A stretch of DNA of 63,957 nucleotides, filler included, from Pirum gemmata (Eukaryota): the NCBI GenBank assembly GCA_002812295.1. It is 24 parts of 24 records of this genome, joined end to end, with 100 filler letters (N's around TTAATTAATTAA, not from the genome) between each part and the next. Parts side by side here need not be neighbours in the genome. Positions count along the whole stretch, not along the records: positions 36,798 to 39,213 come from PDIN01006431.1; positions 39,314 to 41,744 come from PDIN01006432.1; positions 41,845 to 44,213 come from PDIN01006433.1; positions 44,314 to 46,693 come from PDIN01006434.1; positions 46,794 to 49,139 come from PDIN01006435.1; positions 49,240 to 51,670 come from PDIN01006436.1; positions 51,771 to 54,201 come from PDIN01006437.1; 17 more parts are not named here. The stretch is one strand, 5' to 3'. The stretch's first letter is position 1. Each line of letters begins with the position of its first letter. Below, one piece after another: positions 39,143 through 52,320 of the stretch. Both the position numbers and the translations under genes were made by a program. The notes under the pieces are model-generated. The model was not told the DNA's origin. It made no database searches and was given only the letters and a program-made list of their open reading frames with translations.

Positions 39143-41844
39143 CTAGTTTTTTTTAAAAAAAATCACAAACGTATTGAATTTCAATAATATTAATAGTAAT
39201 AATAATAATATATNNNNNNNNNNNNNNNNNNNNNNNNNNNNNNNNNNNNNNNNNNNNTTAATTAATTAANNNNNNNNNNNNNNNNNNNNNNNNNNNNNNN
39301 NNNNNNNNNNNNNAATAATATTAATAATAATAATAATATAATAATAGTAATAATAATAGTAATAATAATAATAATAATATTAATAATAATATTAATAAGA
39401 GCTCTACTAAGTAGTTAGTAGTACAGTACTTTTCAGTTGTTTTGTCATAAAAAAATAAACAATAAATAGGACCAAAATTAATACAACATAAATCCATCTA
39501 ATTTAATTTATTTGGTATAATATTTATTTCAAAAAATGTTAATTTAATTAATTTTAAGATTATAATCCCCCAAATAAATATTCATAGTGACAAAATAAAT
39601 GAAAAGCACGTGCACGATAGTAAATGGGGTTTTGGCCGTGCCCATGGTACCCTACGCAAAATAATATTTGTCCACAAATTTTTAATTAGTGCCGCATTTG
39701 TTTTTGTTTTTGATTCAAAAACATTAATAAATTAAAGGAGGTCGATAATATTATGGATTTTTTACAAAATCATCGTCGTATAATATAATAAGAATTCAAT
39801 TTTAGTAAAAGTAAGTTCAAAATTTGGAGCGATATAAATTACAAATTACATCACTGTTTGCATTTGGGTTGTAATATAATATTAATATATAGAATAATTT
39901 TTAACATAGCGGGATTAAAAATTTAACTTTTTCCGGTTTCATTTATTCGTTTCCAAAACCTACTAACTTTTGCACTGAAATAAATATTCTGAAGTTTTAA
40001 AAAATAGTTACACATCAATATTCCACCCAACTATTTCGGATAGAATCACATTCAAAATAATATGTAAATTTAAGATCTTTTTCATTTCGCTAAAGGTTAA
40101 TATAAATAGGGGGTCTATTAATCTTTTAATTAATTAATAGACTTATATTTAAAAACTTTTAAAACTAATTTTTTTATTAATAAAAAGCTGTTTCGTTTGG
40201 GGAGGCTAAATAATACCTGTTCCTTTTCTTTATTAATTGTAAGCAATTTGTTAAATCCCGTTCATTCCATGATTTCATGATCATACCAGTTTGTGGATTA
40301 TCATACTTTAAACTTATGATGCGTATACGTAATTTTATTATAACTTCATTTGCTATTAATTGTCGCTTGGATATTCGCTTTATTTTAATTAATTAACTAA
40401 ATTATTTTGTATCATAATTTTATATTCATATTTGTCTGCTGGGAAAAATTTTCTTTGGATTTTTTTTAAAAAATATATTCATTAAATTTTATACTTTAAT
40501 TTTAATTAAATAATTTACAAAATTTCTATGTTTTTCTTGGTGATTCCTATTTGGGAGTGTGCAAATAATACGACACGTCAAGGGGTAGGTAAGTAGGTGG
40601 TATTTGACCTGAAATTAACGTCGAGGGGTAGGTAGGTAGGGGTATTTATTAAAGCTGTATTTGACCAGAAATTGGCGTTACGTAGTAATTGATTAGGCAT
40701 AATAATAATAATTTCTTTATTGTGAAGAAACTTAAAGAATCAAAGACAACTCCTAAAGATCGACTGACTGAAAAGAATAATTATTATTATGACTTGGCCT
40801 ACATGTGGACTTGTTTGTAAGCAAAGAGTCTGAAAGTAAATGAGTATATTAATATTAATATTTAAATTTAAGAACAAAATAACTAAAAGTAGTAGTGAAA
40901 ACACATTATTTCGATTAATTCTACATTTGAAAAGTAACATTGACCTTACTATCGGTCAGATTAGCTTCTTCTTTGAAGACCCTACTACCTATTAATACTA
41001 GAGGCCACTAGCTTGGGTTAGATTAGCTGTTCTAAAGGGAGTATTAGGGTAATTAATAAGGATACGATTAGAGAACTATTAGGTTTAGGGTTAGGGTTAG
41101 GGTTGGGTTTAGCGTTACGTTTAGGGTTAGGTTTAGGGTTAGGGTTAGGGTTAGGGTTAGGGTTAGGGTTGGGTTTTAGGGTTACGTTTTGTGTTAGGAT
41201 TATGAATTAGGGGTTAGTCGAGTAAAAAGGGTTAGGGGTAGGGTTACGGTTGTATAGTCCAGAATTCGCACATTTATCACTTTTTATCGCATAAAGTATC
41301 TATATAGTATCGACCAGTAAAAAATCTGAAGATGGAAAAATCTGAATCTAGAAGGGTATTTTTGTCAACTAAGGTATCTAGATTGGTATTTAAAACTCTT
41401 CCATGTTTTTATAAAAAGCAACATTAAACATGCCTGTTTATTTCAGTTTTTCGCTTTTCATTTATTTTGTCACTCCGAATATTTATTTGGTTGGTTATAA
41501 TTTTTTAATTGACAGGGTTAAATGAATAAATTGATAATAAAATATACCAAATTAAATGAAATGGCTCCGTATTGTATTAATTTGGTACTCTTTATTGCAT
41601 ATTTTATGATAACAAAATAACACAATATAAAAGTGAAAAGCACGAGTAAAGCACGATAGTCAGATAGTATCATACATTCATAGTACAACAAAAAAAAAAA
41701 AAAAAAAAAAAAAAAATTTAAAAAAAATAAAAAAAAAAAAAAAANNNNNNNNNNNNNNNNNNNNNNNNNNNNNNNNNNNNNNNNNNNNTTAATTAATTAA
41801 NNNNNNNNNNNNNNNNNNNNNNNNNNNNNNNNNNNNNNNNNNNN

Positions 41845-41875
<31 letters not shown>

Positions 41876-42469
41876 GCTTGACAATGAACTCGAAAATAAA
41901 CTCGAAAAACGATGTTTTATAAAACTTTGTATCAGGGCGGTTAAAATAATAATGATTCGAATTTTTTTTTCCAGTTCGGTCATGTCATTATAATAATAGA
42001 ATAATAATAATAATAATAATAATAACTATAGGTTATTTTATAATCATTTTTTTTAAATAAATCGAGTTATGAGACTGCGCAACAACAAAAAAATCGAATG
42101 TGCGTAGCTCGATTTTTTTCGAAAGAGTGACCGAAACGGCGACTTCTAGTATGCTTTTCATTTATTTTGTCACTCTGAATTATTTATTTGGGGGGTTATA
42201 GCCTTTAATTTGACATAAAAAATCGCTGAAACTAGGAGGGTTAACTCCCTGAAACTAGGGTCTAGTTTCCTAAAATCAAGGTCTACTTTCCTAAAACTAG
42301 GGTCTAGTTTATCATCTAGATAGACTACTAGTTTCACCCCGCACAGGTTAGGCCTTGGAAGGCGCCACGCCACGCCTCAAAAAAATATTTATTTAGTCGG
42401 ATAAACTAGCTGATAAACTAGGCCGAATAAAACTGTAGATTTTCATATTTTTCTAAAAACCTTTAATTA

Positions 42470-42610
42470 TAACTAGCCAAATTATTTTTAAAAACTAGCT
42501 ATTGGTTCATAATAGAGTTTTCTAAGCTAAACTATTTCTCAATATTTGGTAGTACTTTTTATTAAAATTGGTTCATTTTGAGAATTTTTGGATTTTTGAG
42601 TTCATATAGG
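42470..42610. repeat. Dispersed repeat with an inverted copy at ~61915-62035
   Basis: ggttcataatagagttttct…tttggtagtacttt and its reverse complement. Confidence 0.6.
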
Positions 42611-42886
42611 ATGTCGCCATTTTTATCCGGCTTGGTAGTCTTGGTATCATAGTTTTAAAAAAAAAATTAAAAAAATAAAAATAAAAAAAAAAAATCTCCC
42701 ACCACGTGAAGGAGATATAACCTACTAGCTAGAAGTATACTAGATCAAAAAAAAAAATACCTTATCAGTAAAAGCAAACTGAAAATTTTGTTATTATTTA
42801 TTTTTATTAATTAATGTATCATTTTTAAGTCAATCATTCATTCATTCATTCATACAGACACACCATCATAACAGCAGCATCCAACA

Positions 42887-43888
42887 ATGAAAAACTCTAA
42901 CTGCCCCATTTGTTTAGAAACAACACCAGCTGTATCATGGAGAGGTAACGAAGCTAAACGATTACTTTGTTGTGGTCATTTAGTGTGTAGCCCATGTGCA
43001 GATCAATATCAACCGCATAACTTTGTTGCAAATCAAGGAAAAGAGACTTGTCCATTATGCCGTGCTAATGTTCCAAGTACAGAAGAAGAAGGATTTGAAT
43101 TAGTACAGAAGCATGCAAAGAATGGGCAGGCATGGGCTCAGCATAATATCGGAGATCGATACTCAAAAGGTCGTGGCGTATCCGTATCGAACGAATTAGC
43201 ATTGTTCTGGTATACCAAAGCTGCCGAACAAAACTATGCAGCCAGCATGCACGGAATTGGGGCTTTATACCAAACTGGGAAGATGACTGATAAGGATAAG
43301 GATAATTATAAAATTGCTGAAGAGTGGTATAAAAAAGCAATTGAGCAGGACTACACCTCATCTCAATATAATCTTGGTGTTATTTACAAAGAGCAAGGTA
43401 AACATGAACAGGCACTTTATTATTTAAGATTAGCTGCCGAACAAAAGTTTCATCTTGCCGAATGTGAGTTAGGAATTATTTACGAGCATGGTGATTGTGG
43501 ACTTCCAGTTGACTTGGCTCTTGCAGAACATTGGTATGAACTTGCTGCTTGGGGAAATAACCCCATTGCTCAATTTAACTATGGTGGACTTTTTTTTCAA
43601 AAAGGCAGAGTTTCTGTTGCTTTATGTTGGTTGAGGAAAATAGTGAAAACTCCTTCGGATGTACAAGCGAATGCTGTACAGTTATTAGCTAGCATTGAGA
43701 AAGCACTAAGCACGGCATGTAGTGGTTGTGAAGGAAAAGCTAATAGTCCGAATGCATTGAAACGTTGTGGTGGTTGTATGACGCCTTGGTATTGTAGTAG
43801 TGCGTGTCAAAAAAAACATTGGTCTATGTCCCATAAAAAAGAATGCAAAGATGCACAAGAATTAAACAAAAAATTGGATGCCCTTTAG
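42887..43888 (+). CDS. Intronless RING finger + SEL1-repeat + MYND zinc-finger protein
   Basis: CPIC…CGHLVCSPC…CPLCR, about five SEL1 repeats (AQHNIG…WYTKAAEQ, SQYNLG, AECELG, AQFNYG) and CSGC…CGGC…YCSSACQKKHW..HKKEC. Confidence 0.9.
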   Translation: MKNSNCPICLETTPAVSWRGNEAKRLLCCGHLVCSPCADQYQPHNFVANQGKETCPLCRANVPSTEEEGFELVQKHAKNGQAWAQHNIGDRYSKGRGVSVSNELALFWYTKAAEQNYAASMHGIGALYQTGKMTDKDKDNYKIAEEWYKKAIEQDYTSSQYNLGVIYKEQGKHEQALYYLRLAAEQKFHLAECELGIIYEHGDCGLPVDLALAEHWYELAAWGNNPIAQFNYGGLFFQKGRVSVALCWLRKIVKTPSDVQANAVQLLASIEKALSTACSGCEGKANSPNALKRCGGCMTPWYCSSACQKKHWSMSHKKECKDAQELNKKLDAL

Positions 43889-44180
43889 ATTTGAATAAAC
43901 AAAGTATTTCGTTTTACCTGCTAATTAATTTTGTGTTTTTGCTAAATGTTATGTCTGTTCTTGAGTATGTTATTTATCATTATTATCATTATCATTATAT
44001 ATCATTATCATTATCATTATCATTATCATTATCATTATCATTATAATTATTATTATTATTATTATTCTCATTCTCACTCTCACTCTCATTCTCATTCTCA
44101 CTCTCATTCTCATTCTCACTCTCACTCTCATTCTCATTCTGTTTATCATTATCATTGTCATTATCATTATGATATTATGA

Positions 44181-44213
<33 letters not shown>

Positions 44214-45033
44214 NNNNNNNNNNNNNNNNNNNNNNNNNNNNNNNNNNNNNNNNNNNNTTAATTAATTAANNNNNNNNNNNNNNNNNNNNNNNNNNNNNNN
44301 NNNNNNNNNNNNNACACAAAACAACACAAAACAACACAAAACAACAACACAAAACAACACGAAACAACACAAAACAAAACATCACAAAACACCACAAAAC
44401 ACCACAAAACACCACAAAACAACCCAAAACAACCCAAAACAACCCAAAACAACCCAAAACAACACAAAACAACACAAAACAACACAAAACAACATGTGTA
44501 CACAAAACAACACAAAACAATACACAACAACACAAAACACAAAACAACATTAATTAATTAACATGTACATGTGCACAAAACAACACAAAACAACACAAGC
44601 ACATTATGGAGTAGGTATCGGGTAAGCTACTAGAATGAAAAAAAGTGGCGCGCGTCATGGGTGGGTGGGTGATGGCGATAAAGTTTTTGTGATTGAACAT
44701 ATCCATTTAATTTCTTTTTACCACTATTAGTAATATATATATCCGATATGGATAAATATTATAAATAAAGAAACGTTTTTAAAAAAAATTTTAAAAAAAT
44801 TAAAATATCATAAAATAAAAACATTCAATTAATTATTTAAAATTTGCTTTTTTTATGTACATTATAGATGGTGTATATATATATTACAGGCGGAGAATTA
44901 GCATGGTAACTACATCAACATCGGTACTGTATTGAATTAGTATTTTACTTTTTAATTATTAAATACATTATTCGTTGCTTTATTCATTTTAACTATTGAG
45001 ATTGATATACAATATCGCTCTTTTCTCCAATAC

Positions 45034-46693
45034 TTATGGGGAGCTGGTCATGATCAACTTATTTTGATTGCCACGAGATAGGAAATTAAATGAATTCATA
45101 GGCGAATCATCCAAACTCACGACACCCATTAACGAATGCAAACTGGACGACCTTTTTCGAATGGGAATGTTCCTTGGCAATGAGCACATGCCTTGAGTAA
45201 ATAACCCAGGTGGTGATGTTGATAACGGAGAGGTAGAACCAGACAACGAATAAGCTGATGTTGAAGATGACATATAAGAAGACGTAGGAACCGATGACGA
45301 GAATACTTGCGATGATGACAAAGAATGATTTCTAGGCATAGCATTATCGTTAAACAAAAATAATGAATCGGAGTTACACGATGGCATCGAAGAACAACGA
45401 TTAACAGTGTTTTTACCCGATGGTATGTGATTCAGATTATACAAAAGCTTTGAAGCCGCAAGTTTTTTTGAAGTACTACTTTTTACGGGAATAGTTAGGG
45501 ATGGAGTTATATTATTACTACTCTTTGAATTACTTTTTGGACTAAAACTGTTTGTATTATCCATTATTTTTTTCTGTTTAGATAAAGACTTCGACGTTAT
45601 ATTACTGTCTTCCTGGTATTTTACTGCCTTTTTTGTAACTTCTTTACTGCTTTCAGATCTAATTTGTGTTGTTGGTGTAACTACAGAATTGATGGGGGTG
45701 GTGGAGGGGGTAGTGGTGGTTGTAACTGGGGGCGAATATTTTGTTGGTGATTTCCCACAGTTTACTTCACTTCCCCTGTTTGTTTCTTGTTTAGGAGATG
45801 TTAAAATTAAACTTCTTCGTAAAGAGGATTTACTTGGTGGCTTGGAGGCAAACTTACAAAGCTCACTATTATCACAGTTATTACTATTATTACTATTATT
45901 ACTATCATTACTATTCTTACTATTCTTACTATTATTACTATTATTACTAGTACTATTATTATTATTATTGCTATTATTATTATTATTACTATTATTACTA
46001 TTATTACTATTATTATTATTATTATTATTATTATTTTTACAATGAACATTAGATTTGTCGTTTTCTAAACCACTATATATTGGGATGTTACTACATTTTT
46101 TCCCACGAGGACTGCTCATAACAGGATGCCTGATCGTAATTTTATAATTTTGATCTTCGTTGTTATCCCAGTACTCACGCCCATCCACAGTATAACTTAT
46201 ACAAAACTGTAAATCTAAAGAGCTCTGTAGGTTATTTTCAGAAACTTGCAATCCTTGAATTCCGTGACCAACATTATAAAATATCTTAAATATATCGTAA
46301 CCTGAATTACTGCCACTATCACTGCATAAATACGAGGTTGGAATATCAACACTGCTAACCCAATTATCCGCGGATAAACGAATAAATACATTTTTTTCGA
46401 TGTTAACGTTTTTCACAGCAATACGAAAGTCAAAATTCAGATTATAAACATTAACATAACTTTGTAAAACTGGCTGAAAGGAAACTGATGCCAATTTTAC
46501 CATTGCACCATAATAATATGAAGAACAGCTAAAATGGAGTTGTACAGGAGGTAAGAAAGAATTGGTAAAATTAGTCGACGAAAGGGAGTTATAATCTTTA
46601 ACATTGCCTAAAGAATGACTGCGCTGCGGGGGTGGAAAGGTAACAATTGATTTTTTCAGTGGTATCTTGGAACGGTTATTATTATTATTATTA
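45034..46693 (-). CDS. CBM21-domain protein (PP1 glycogen-targeting subunit-like), 5' partial, with a Ser-rich tail
   Basis: IAVKNVNIEKNVFIRLSADNW…LQFCISYTVDGREYWDNNEDQNY. The frame stays open upstream of the track ATG (46503) to the contig edge. Confidence 0.85.
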
Positions 46694-46859
46694 NNNNNNN
46701 NNNNNNNNNNNNNNNNNNNNNNNNNNNNNNNNNNNNNTTAATTAATTAANNNNNNNNNNNNNNNNNNNNNNNNNNNNNNNNNNNNNNNNNNNNTAGTAGT
46801 AGTAGTAGTAGTGGTGGTGGTGGTGGTTATATTTTAGCCAGACACCTACAAGATGGAAA

Positions 46860-47350
46860 TAAATAGGCTCGACTTAACCTTACCATGCAGCTTGCATACT
46901 TTATAAGCCGGATCTAGACACGTAGATTAGAAAACTAAAGACACACAAAAGACGTTTTACTACCTTAGACACACAAACAAGATCGAAATCGACTCGACTT
47001 AACCTTAACCGTAAAATCAACCTTTATCATAAAAAACACCGCAGCCCCCCATCCCATACTTTATGAGCCGAATCTAGACACGGAGATTAGAAAACTAAAG
47101 ACACACAAAAGACGTTTTACTACCTTAGACACACAAACAAGATCGACCGTAAAATCAACCTTTATCTTTAAGGAACATAAAAAACACCGCAGCCCCCCCC
47201 CCCCTCTGCATTCTTTTAGAGCCGAAACTAGACACGTAGATTAGAAAACTAAAGACACAACAAAGACATCTTACTACCTTAGACACACAAATAAGATCGA
47301 AATCGACTCGACTTAACCTTAACCGTATATATAATCAATCTTTACCTTAA
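46860..47350. repeat. Three tandem ~155-bp units
   Basis: ctagacacgtagattagaaaactaaagacaca…accttagacacacaaa occurs three times. Confidence 0.8.
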
Positions 47351-50300
47351 AATTAATAGGGAACATTAAAAAACTCCGCACCCTACCCACCACCCATCTT
47401 CGGATTCATTCTAAACTTTCAGATTGCAATATAGGTCATTAAAATGGCAATCTAGAAAAAAGGGTGTTTTTAAAAAAGTGACGTCATTAATGATTGTTCC
47501 CTTACCCTTACCCTTACCCTAACTAGCACACCAACAAATCATTAACTATCCTAATACCCCCAACAAACCATTAACTTAAACCCTAACTTACCTTAGTCAC
47601 CTTTCTCTTTTATTAACTCTTAAACACAGAATATGACAAGATTATGATTTTAACAATAGTGATTTTGAAATTGCCCTAACCCTAACTCTAACCCTAACTC
47701 TAACCCTAACTCTAAACCTTACTCTAACCCTAGCCCTAAACCTAACCCTAACCCTAACCCTAACCCTAGCGCTAGCCTTCATCACAGACTATGACCAGAT
47801 TATGATATTAACAATAGTGATTTTGACATTACCCTAACCCTAACCCTAACCCTAACCCTAACCCTAACCCTAACCCTAACCCTAACCCTAACCCTAACCC
47901 TAGCCCTAGCCCTAACAGTCCCTAACCCTTTTTAACAATTAGATTCGATTTTTATTCAACTTAGAAATTTGTCATTAAATTTTATCGAAACAATTAGATT
48001 CGATTTTTAGATTCGTTCCCAAGCTATTAAGTACCGCTATTATCATTTCTATTATCATTTCTATTTCCTAAGAATAGTTTTAGTGAGTATTTATTATAAA
48101 CTAATAATAATAATAATACTATAATATAATTATATAACCTTTCCACCATTCGATATAATAATATAACAATTATATCGAATCCTTGATGGGTTGATTCATA
48201 AATTCTTTTTCCTATCTTTAGAATTTTCAAAACTTAACGTTCTCACTATTTCTAAAATACTGCATTTGTTGCTTTTAAAATTAACTAAAATCAAAAAGAC
48301 CGGAAAATTTTATAATATTCAAACTGTAAAAAATTACCTTTCTAATATCTACAACGTAATAAAACTAATCATGTACATAATACTAATAATAAGTAATAAT
48401 ACTAATAAGTAATAATAAGTAATAATAATAATAAGTAATAATAATAATAAGTAATAATAATAATAAGTAATAATAATAATAAGACTTAGTAATAATAATA
48501 ATAAGTAATAATAATAATAATTAATATTATATTTTGTTCTTATCAACAACAGTATGCATCATAAACAAAGTTTTAAAGTAATAATTATATATATATAATA
48601 GAGCAATGTCGGTTAATTCGATTTGGATGTATTATTATATTAAGGTTTAGAGATTTTTATTTAGTTTGAAAATTATATTATTTAATTTTTAACTTTTTTA
48701 AAACTTATTTTCACTTTCTTTTCGTAAAGTGTAAACATATTTATATGTTTTCAAATCGACATTAACCGTATTCAATGTTATGGAAATTGTTATTTACATT
48801 ATTCCNCTTTATATTATCATATTATCATGATAACTGTTATCATATTCTGATAGCTGATTATTATTTAATAGCAGCTGATTAGAGACCCTTAATTAACCAT
48901 GTCAGCACATCCTCTAATTATTAGCTTAGGATTATATCGATTGCTGATTGCCATTAGTTCGAGCAACGAACCGGATTAAAGAGTTATAGTATTGTTTAAC
49001 TATTACTTCTTTTAGCAATATGGTTTCCATACATAGTAACTTTAGGACTGGTCCAATCATTATATTTACGTTTGAACTTCTATATTTGTAAGTACAAACT
49101 TAACCTTATTTAAAAAGATATTTTTACGTGTTCGAGTCGNNNNNNNNNNNNNNNNNNNNNNNNNNNNNNNNNNNNNNNNNNNNTTAATTAATTAANNNNN
49201 NNNNNNNNNNNNNNNNNNNNNNNNNNNNNNNNNNNNNNNTTATTATTATTATTATTTATATTACTATTATTCCTAAAAATGGAGATAATATTTCTATAAT
49301 AGTTACTTAGAATTATCATTATTCATATTTATACCGTCATTATTATCACATTAAATTGCGTTTTTGCCTGTTTTGGGAATTTTGGCCTAAAACCCCCCAA
49401 TTACTACTAAAAATGGAGGTAATATTACAATGCTTTAACTAGCTTTAATAGAGTATGCCCTCATATTATTATAGTTATTCATATTTACATTATAACATTT
49501 TTATTACAATAAATTGTAATATTTTTATAACAGTTAATTATAATACAATCGTTAGCTAGTATTCGTATATAATTATTCGCATTAATATCACAGCTATTAT
49601 AATAGTCAATAACAATACTATAGCTAGTATTCGTATTAATGCATTATTATAATTATTAATATTAGTTTTAGTATTATTATGAACGAACCGAATTATTTCC
49701 AAAAAGATTGTCATATTTCTATATTAGTTAAATTATAACACTATATCTATCAGGTATTCTTATTTGGGTTAGTATTATTAATAATTTAAATTATTATCTA
49801 AATTATTATCTAAATTATTATTATAATTACTAATTATAACACTATATCTCATTAGCTAACATTCGTATTAATGTATTCATATTAATATCACTACTATTAT
49901 AATAGTTAATTACAATACTATAACTAGCATTATTATAATTATTAATATTAATATTAGTACTATTATTATTATCAAACCGAATTATTTCCAAAAAGGAAGT
50001 CATATTTTATAATAGTCAAATAGCTGGTATTCTTATTTTTGTTAGTATATTAAAGTGATTTAAATTATTATTATAAAAATTATTTTATTATTATTAGTAT
50101 TATTATCTGGCGATTGTGATTAAACAAAAAAGAAGTCATATTTCTGTAATAGTTAAATTATAACAATATATCTAGCTGCCGTGTTAGTATAATTATAATT
50201 ATTTAAATTATTATTTAAATCATTATTATTATTATTTGGCAATTGTGATAGAAACAAATTACTTCGAAAAATGAAAGTTTTATTTATATAAAAATTACTT

Positions 50301-50512
50301 GAAACATTATAAAAATCGATTAAAATAAAATATAAAAATTAATTACAATACTACAAAAACAAAACCAAAACAAAACCAAAACAAAACCAAAAAAAAAAAC
50401 AAAACAAAAACCAAAAAAAAAAAAAAAAAACCAAAAACAAAACCAAAAAAAAAAAAAAAAAAGCATAAATATTTAGAAAAAATTCAACCGTTTATTTACT
50501 ATTACTAATAAT

Positions 50513-50617
50513 TTAATTCATATCAACTTCTTTACTAATACTAGCATCACGTCTAGCTTTTTTACGTTCAACAAGGGCAAGGCGATCTTTATTTTCATAC
50601 AGTCTAGTGATAACAAC
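50513..50617 (-). CDS. RPL26: 60S ribosomal protein L26 (uL24), last exon
   Basis: atag|GTT GTT ATC…, reading VVITRLYENKDRLALVERKKARRDASISKEVDMN*. Confidence 0.85.
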   Translation of the reverse strand, partial: VVITRLYENKDRLALVERKKARRDASISKEVDMN

Positions 50618-50969
50618 CTATTTGCGTCAAATAAAAATATACATATACAATTAAGTTTTTTACAAGAAAACAGAAAATACCAATAAAAACAAAATTATTA
50701 TAAAAAACCATAATAAAATCGAAAGTGATTGCAATAAAAATGATGATAATGACAATGATAATGATAATATGCTGATAATAATGACTATGATAATGACTAT
50801 GATAATGACAATTATAATGATAATGATAATGATAATGATTATGATTATGATTATGATTATGATTATGATGATGATTATGATGATGATGATGATAATGATT
50901 GTGATGATGATAATGATTGTGATGATGACAACGATGTGATATGATCAAAATCATGGTGTGCTTATTATT

Positions 50970-51052
50970 TTGTATCAGACATAAAATGATTCCGGTAGCT
51001 TTTTATCGTCAAAACAATTTACGCAGAGGGAGCTTTTTTTTCATCATAACAA
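50970..51052 (-). ncRNA. Intronic box C/D snoRNA, SNORD100-like (18S guide)
   Basis: Box C ATGATGA (51047-51041), guide GCTCCCTCT, C'-like TTGACGA, box D CTGA (50978-50975) and terminal stem TTGT/ACAA. It is on the RPL26 sense strand. Confidence 0.8.
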
Positions 51053-51211
51053 AATAAATAAAAATAAACAAAAATACAAAACGACAAAACAACAAAACAA
51101 ATGACCAATACAATACAATACAATACAATACAATACAGTGCACAATTTAATAAAAAACTATATAAAAAAAAACACAACACATTCCTAAATCCTACATCTA
51201 TTAAAACTTAC

Positions 51212-51383
51212 GTTGGATGGGTGGATTCCTACATCAACAGCCATACCGTTATGTTTTTCACGAGTTCCAGAGTTAAAGTAGATCATCCATTTTTTACGGT
51301 ATACGCATTTAACAGCACCGATTTTGTCTTTCATGTTACCACGAACAACTTTCACTTCATCTTCTCTGCGAACTGGCATGGAT
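51212..51383 (-). CDS. RPL26: 60S ribosomal protein L26, internal exon
   Basis: tgtag|A TCC ATG…AAC|gtaagt, reading SMPVRREDEVKVVRG…VYRKKW…REKHNG…VGIHPSN. Confidence 0.92.
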
Positions 51384-51602
51384 CTACACATATGATTATT
51401 ATAATGATAATTATTATTATTATTATTAATTATGATTATTATTATTAATTATGATGATTATGATGATTATGATGATTACTTGATGTTCATAATGATGCTA
51501 ATGATAACAATTACAATGACAATGAAGATGCCCATTATAATGAATATGATAATGATAATTCTAATGATGATGATGTTGACAATAATCATGGTGTTTATTA
51601 TT

Positions 51603-51670
51603 TTGTATCAGACATAAAATGATTCCGGTAGCTTTTTATCGTCAAAACAATTTACGCAGAGGGAGCTTTT
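51603..51670 (-). ncRNA. Second copy of the same snoRNA in the upstream RPL26 intron (box C lost at the contig edge)
   Basis: Identical to the first copy over the visible ~68 nt. Confidence 0.7.
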
Positions 51671-52084
51671 NNNNNNNNNNNNNNNNNNNNNNNNNNNNNN
51701 NNNNNNNNNNNNNNTTAATTAATTAANNNNNNNNNNNNNNNNNNNNNNNNNNNNNNNNNNNNNNNNNNNNCAATGACCCAACGACCCAACGACCCAACGA
51801 CCCAACGACCCAACGACCCAACGACCCAACGACCCAACGACCCAACGACCCCCAACGAGACAACCAACCAACCAACCAACTTAATTTTAATCTTTTTAAC
51901 CATAGATATGCGGAAAGCCTTGCCAAGAGATAAAGATAAAAAATCTATGATTCCTAGAGGTCGGGATGTGCATCCAAGCGAACTTCAACACCCTTAGAGA
52001 AATCTCCCCTTTGTTTTAAATGTTTCTATGTTTTTTGGAAAAGGCAGAAGCAGAGTATTAGATACAAAATTAGGTTAAAGTAAG

Positions 52085-52320
52085 CCTAATCTATAATTAT
52101 TGTTATGATCTCAGAGAGTAGTTGAGTATGTTAAGTAAGTGTTCAGTAAGTACCATCTAACGGATAGAAAATATTACCTCCTGGTTAAAAGATGGCTGGG
52201 TAATGTAAGTGGCATCACCCTAATCTATAATTATTGTTATTATTTCAGAGAGTAGTTGAGTATGTTAAGTTAGTACCATCTATCAGGTAGAAAGTATTAC
52301 CTCCTGGGTAAAAGACGGTT
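52085..52320. repeat. Two imperfect direct repeats (~115 bp)
   Basis: cctaatctataattattgttat…agtaccatcta…tattacctcctgg occurs twice. Confidence 0.75.

Noticed and set aside
39622..40450. Coding-like minus-strand fragments (e.g. TYYFECDSIRNSWV, PH-like)
   Set aside because: Many stops and frameshifts, and I could not build a consistent gene model or family.
46860..47350. CRISPR-like array (also 15340-16250 and 52085-52320)
   Set aside because: The units are long and repeat in full without unique spacers, the context is eukaryotic, and there are no cas genes.
48830..49139. Possible minus-strand exon remnants
   Set aside because: Short, interrupted by stops and without a recognisable motif.
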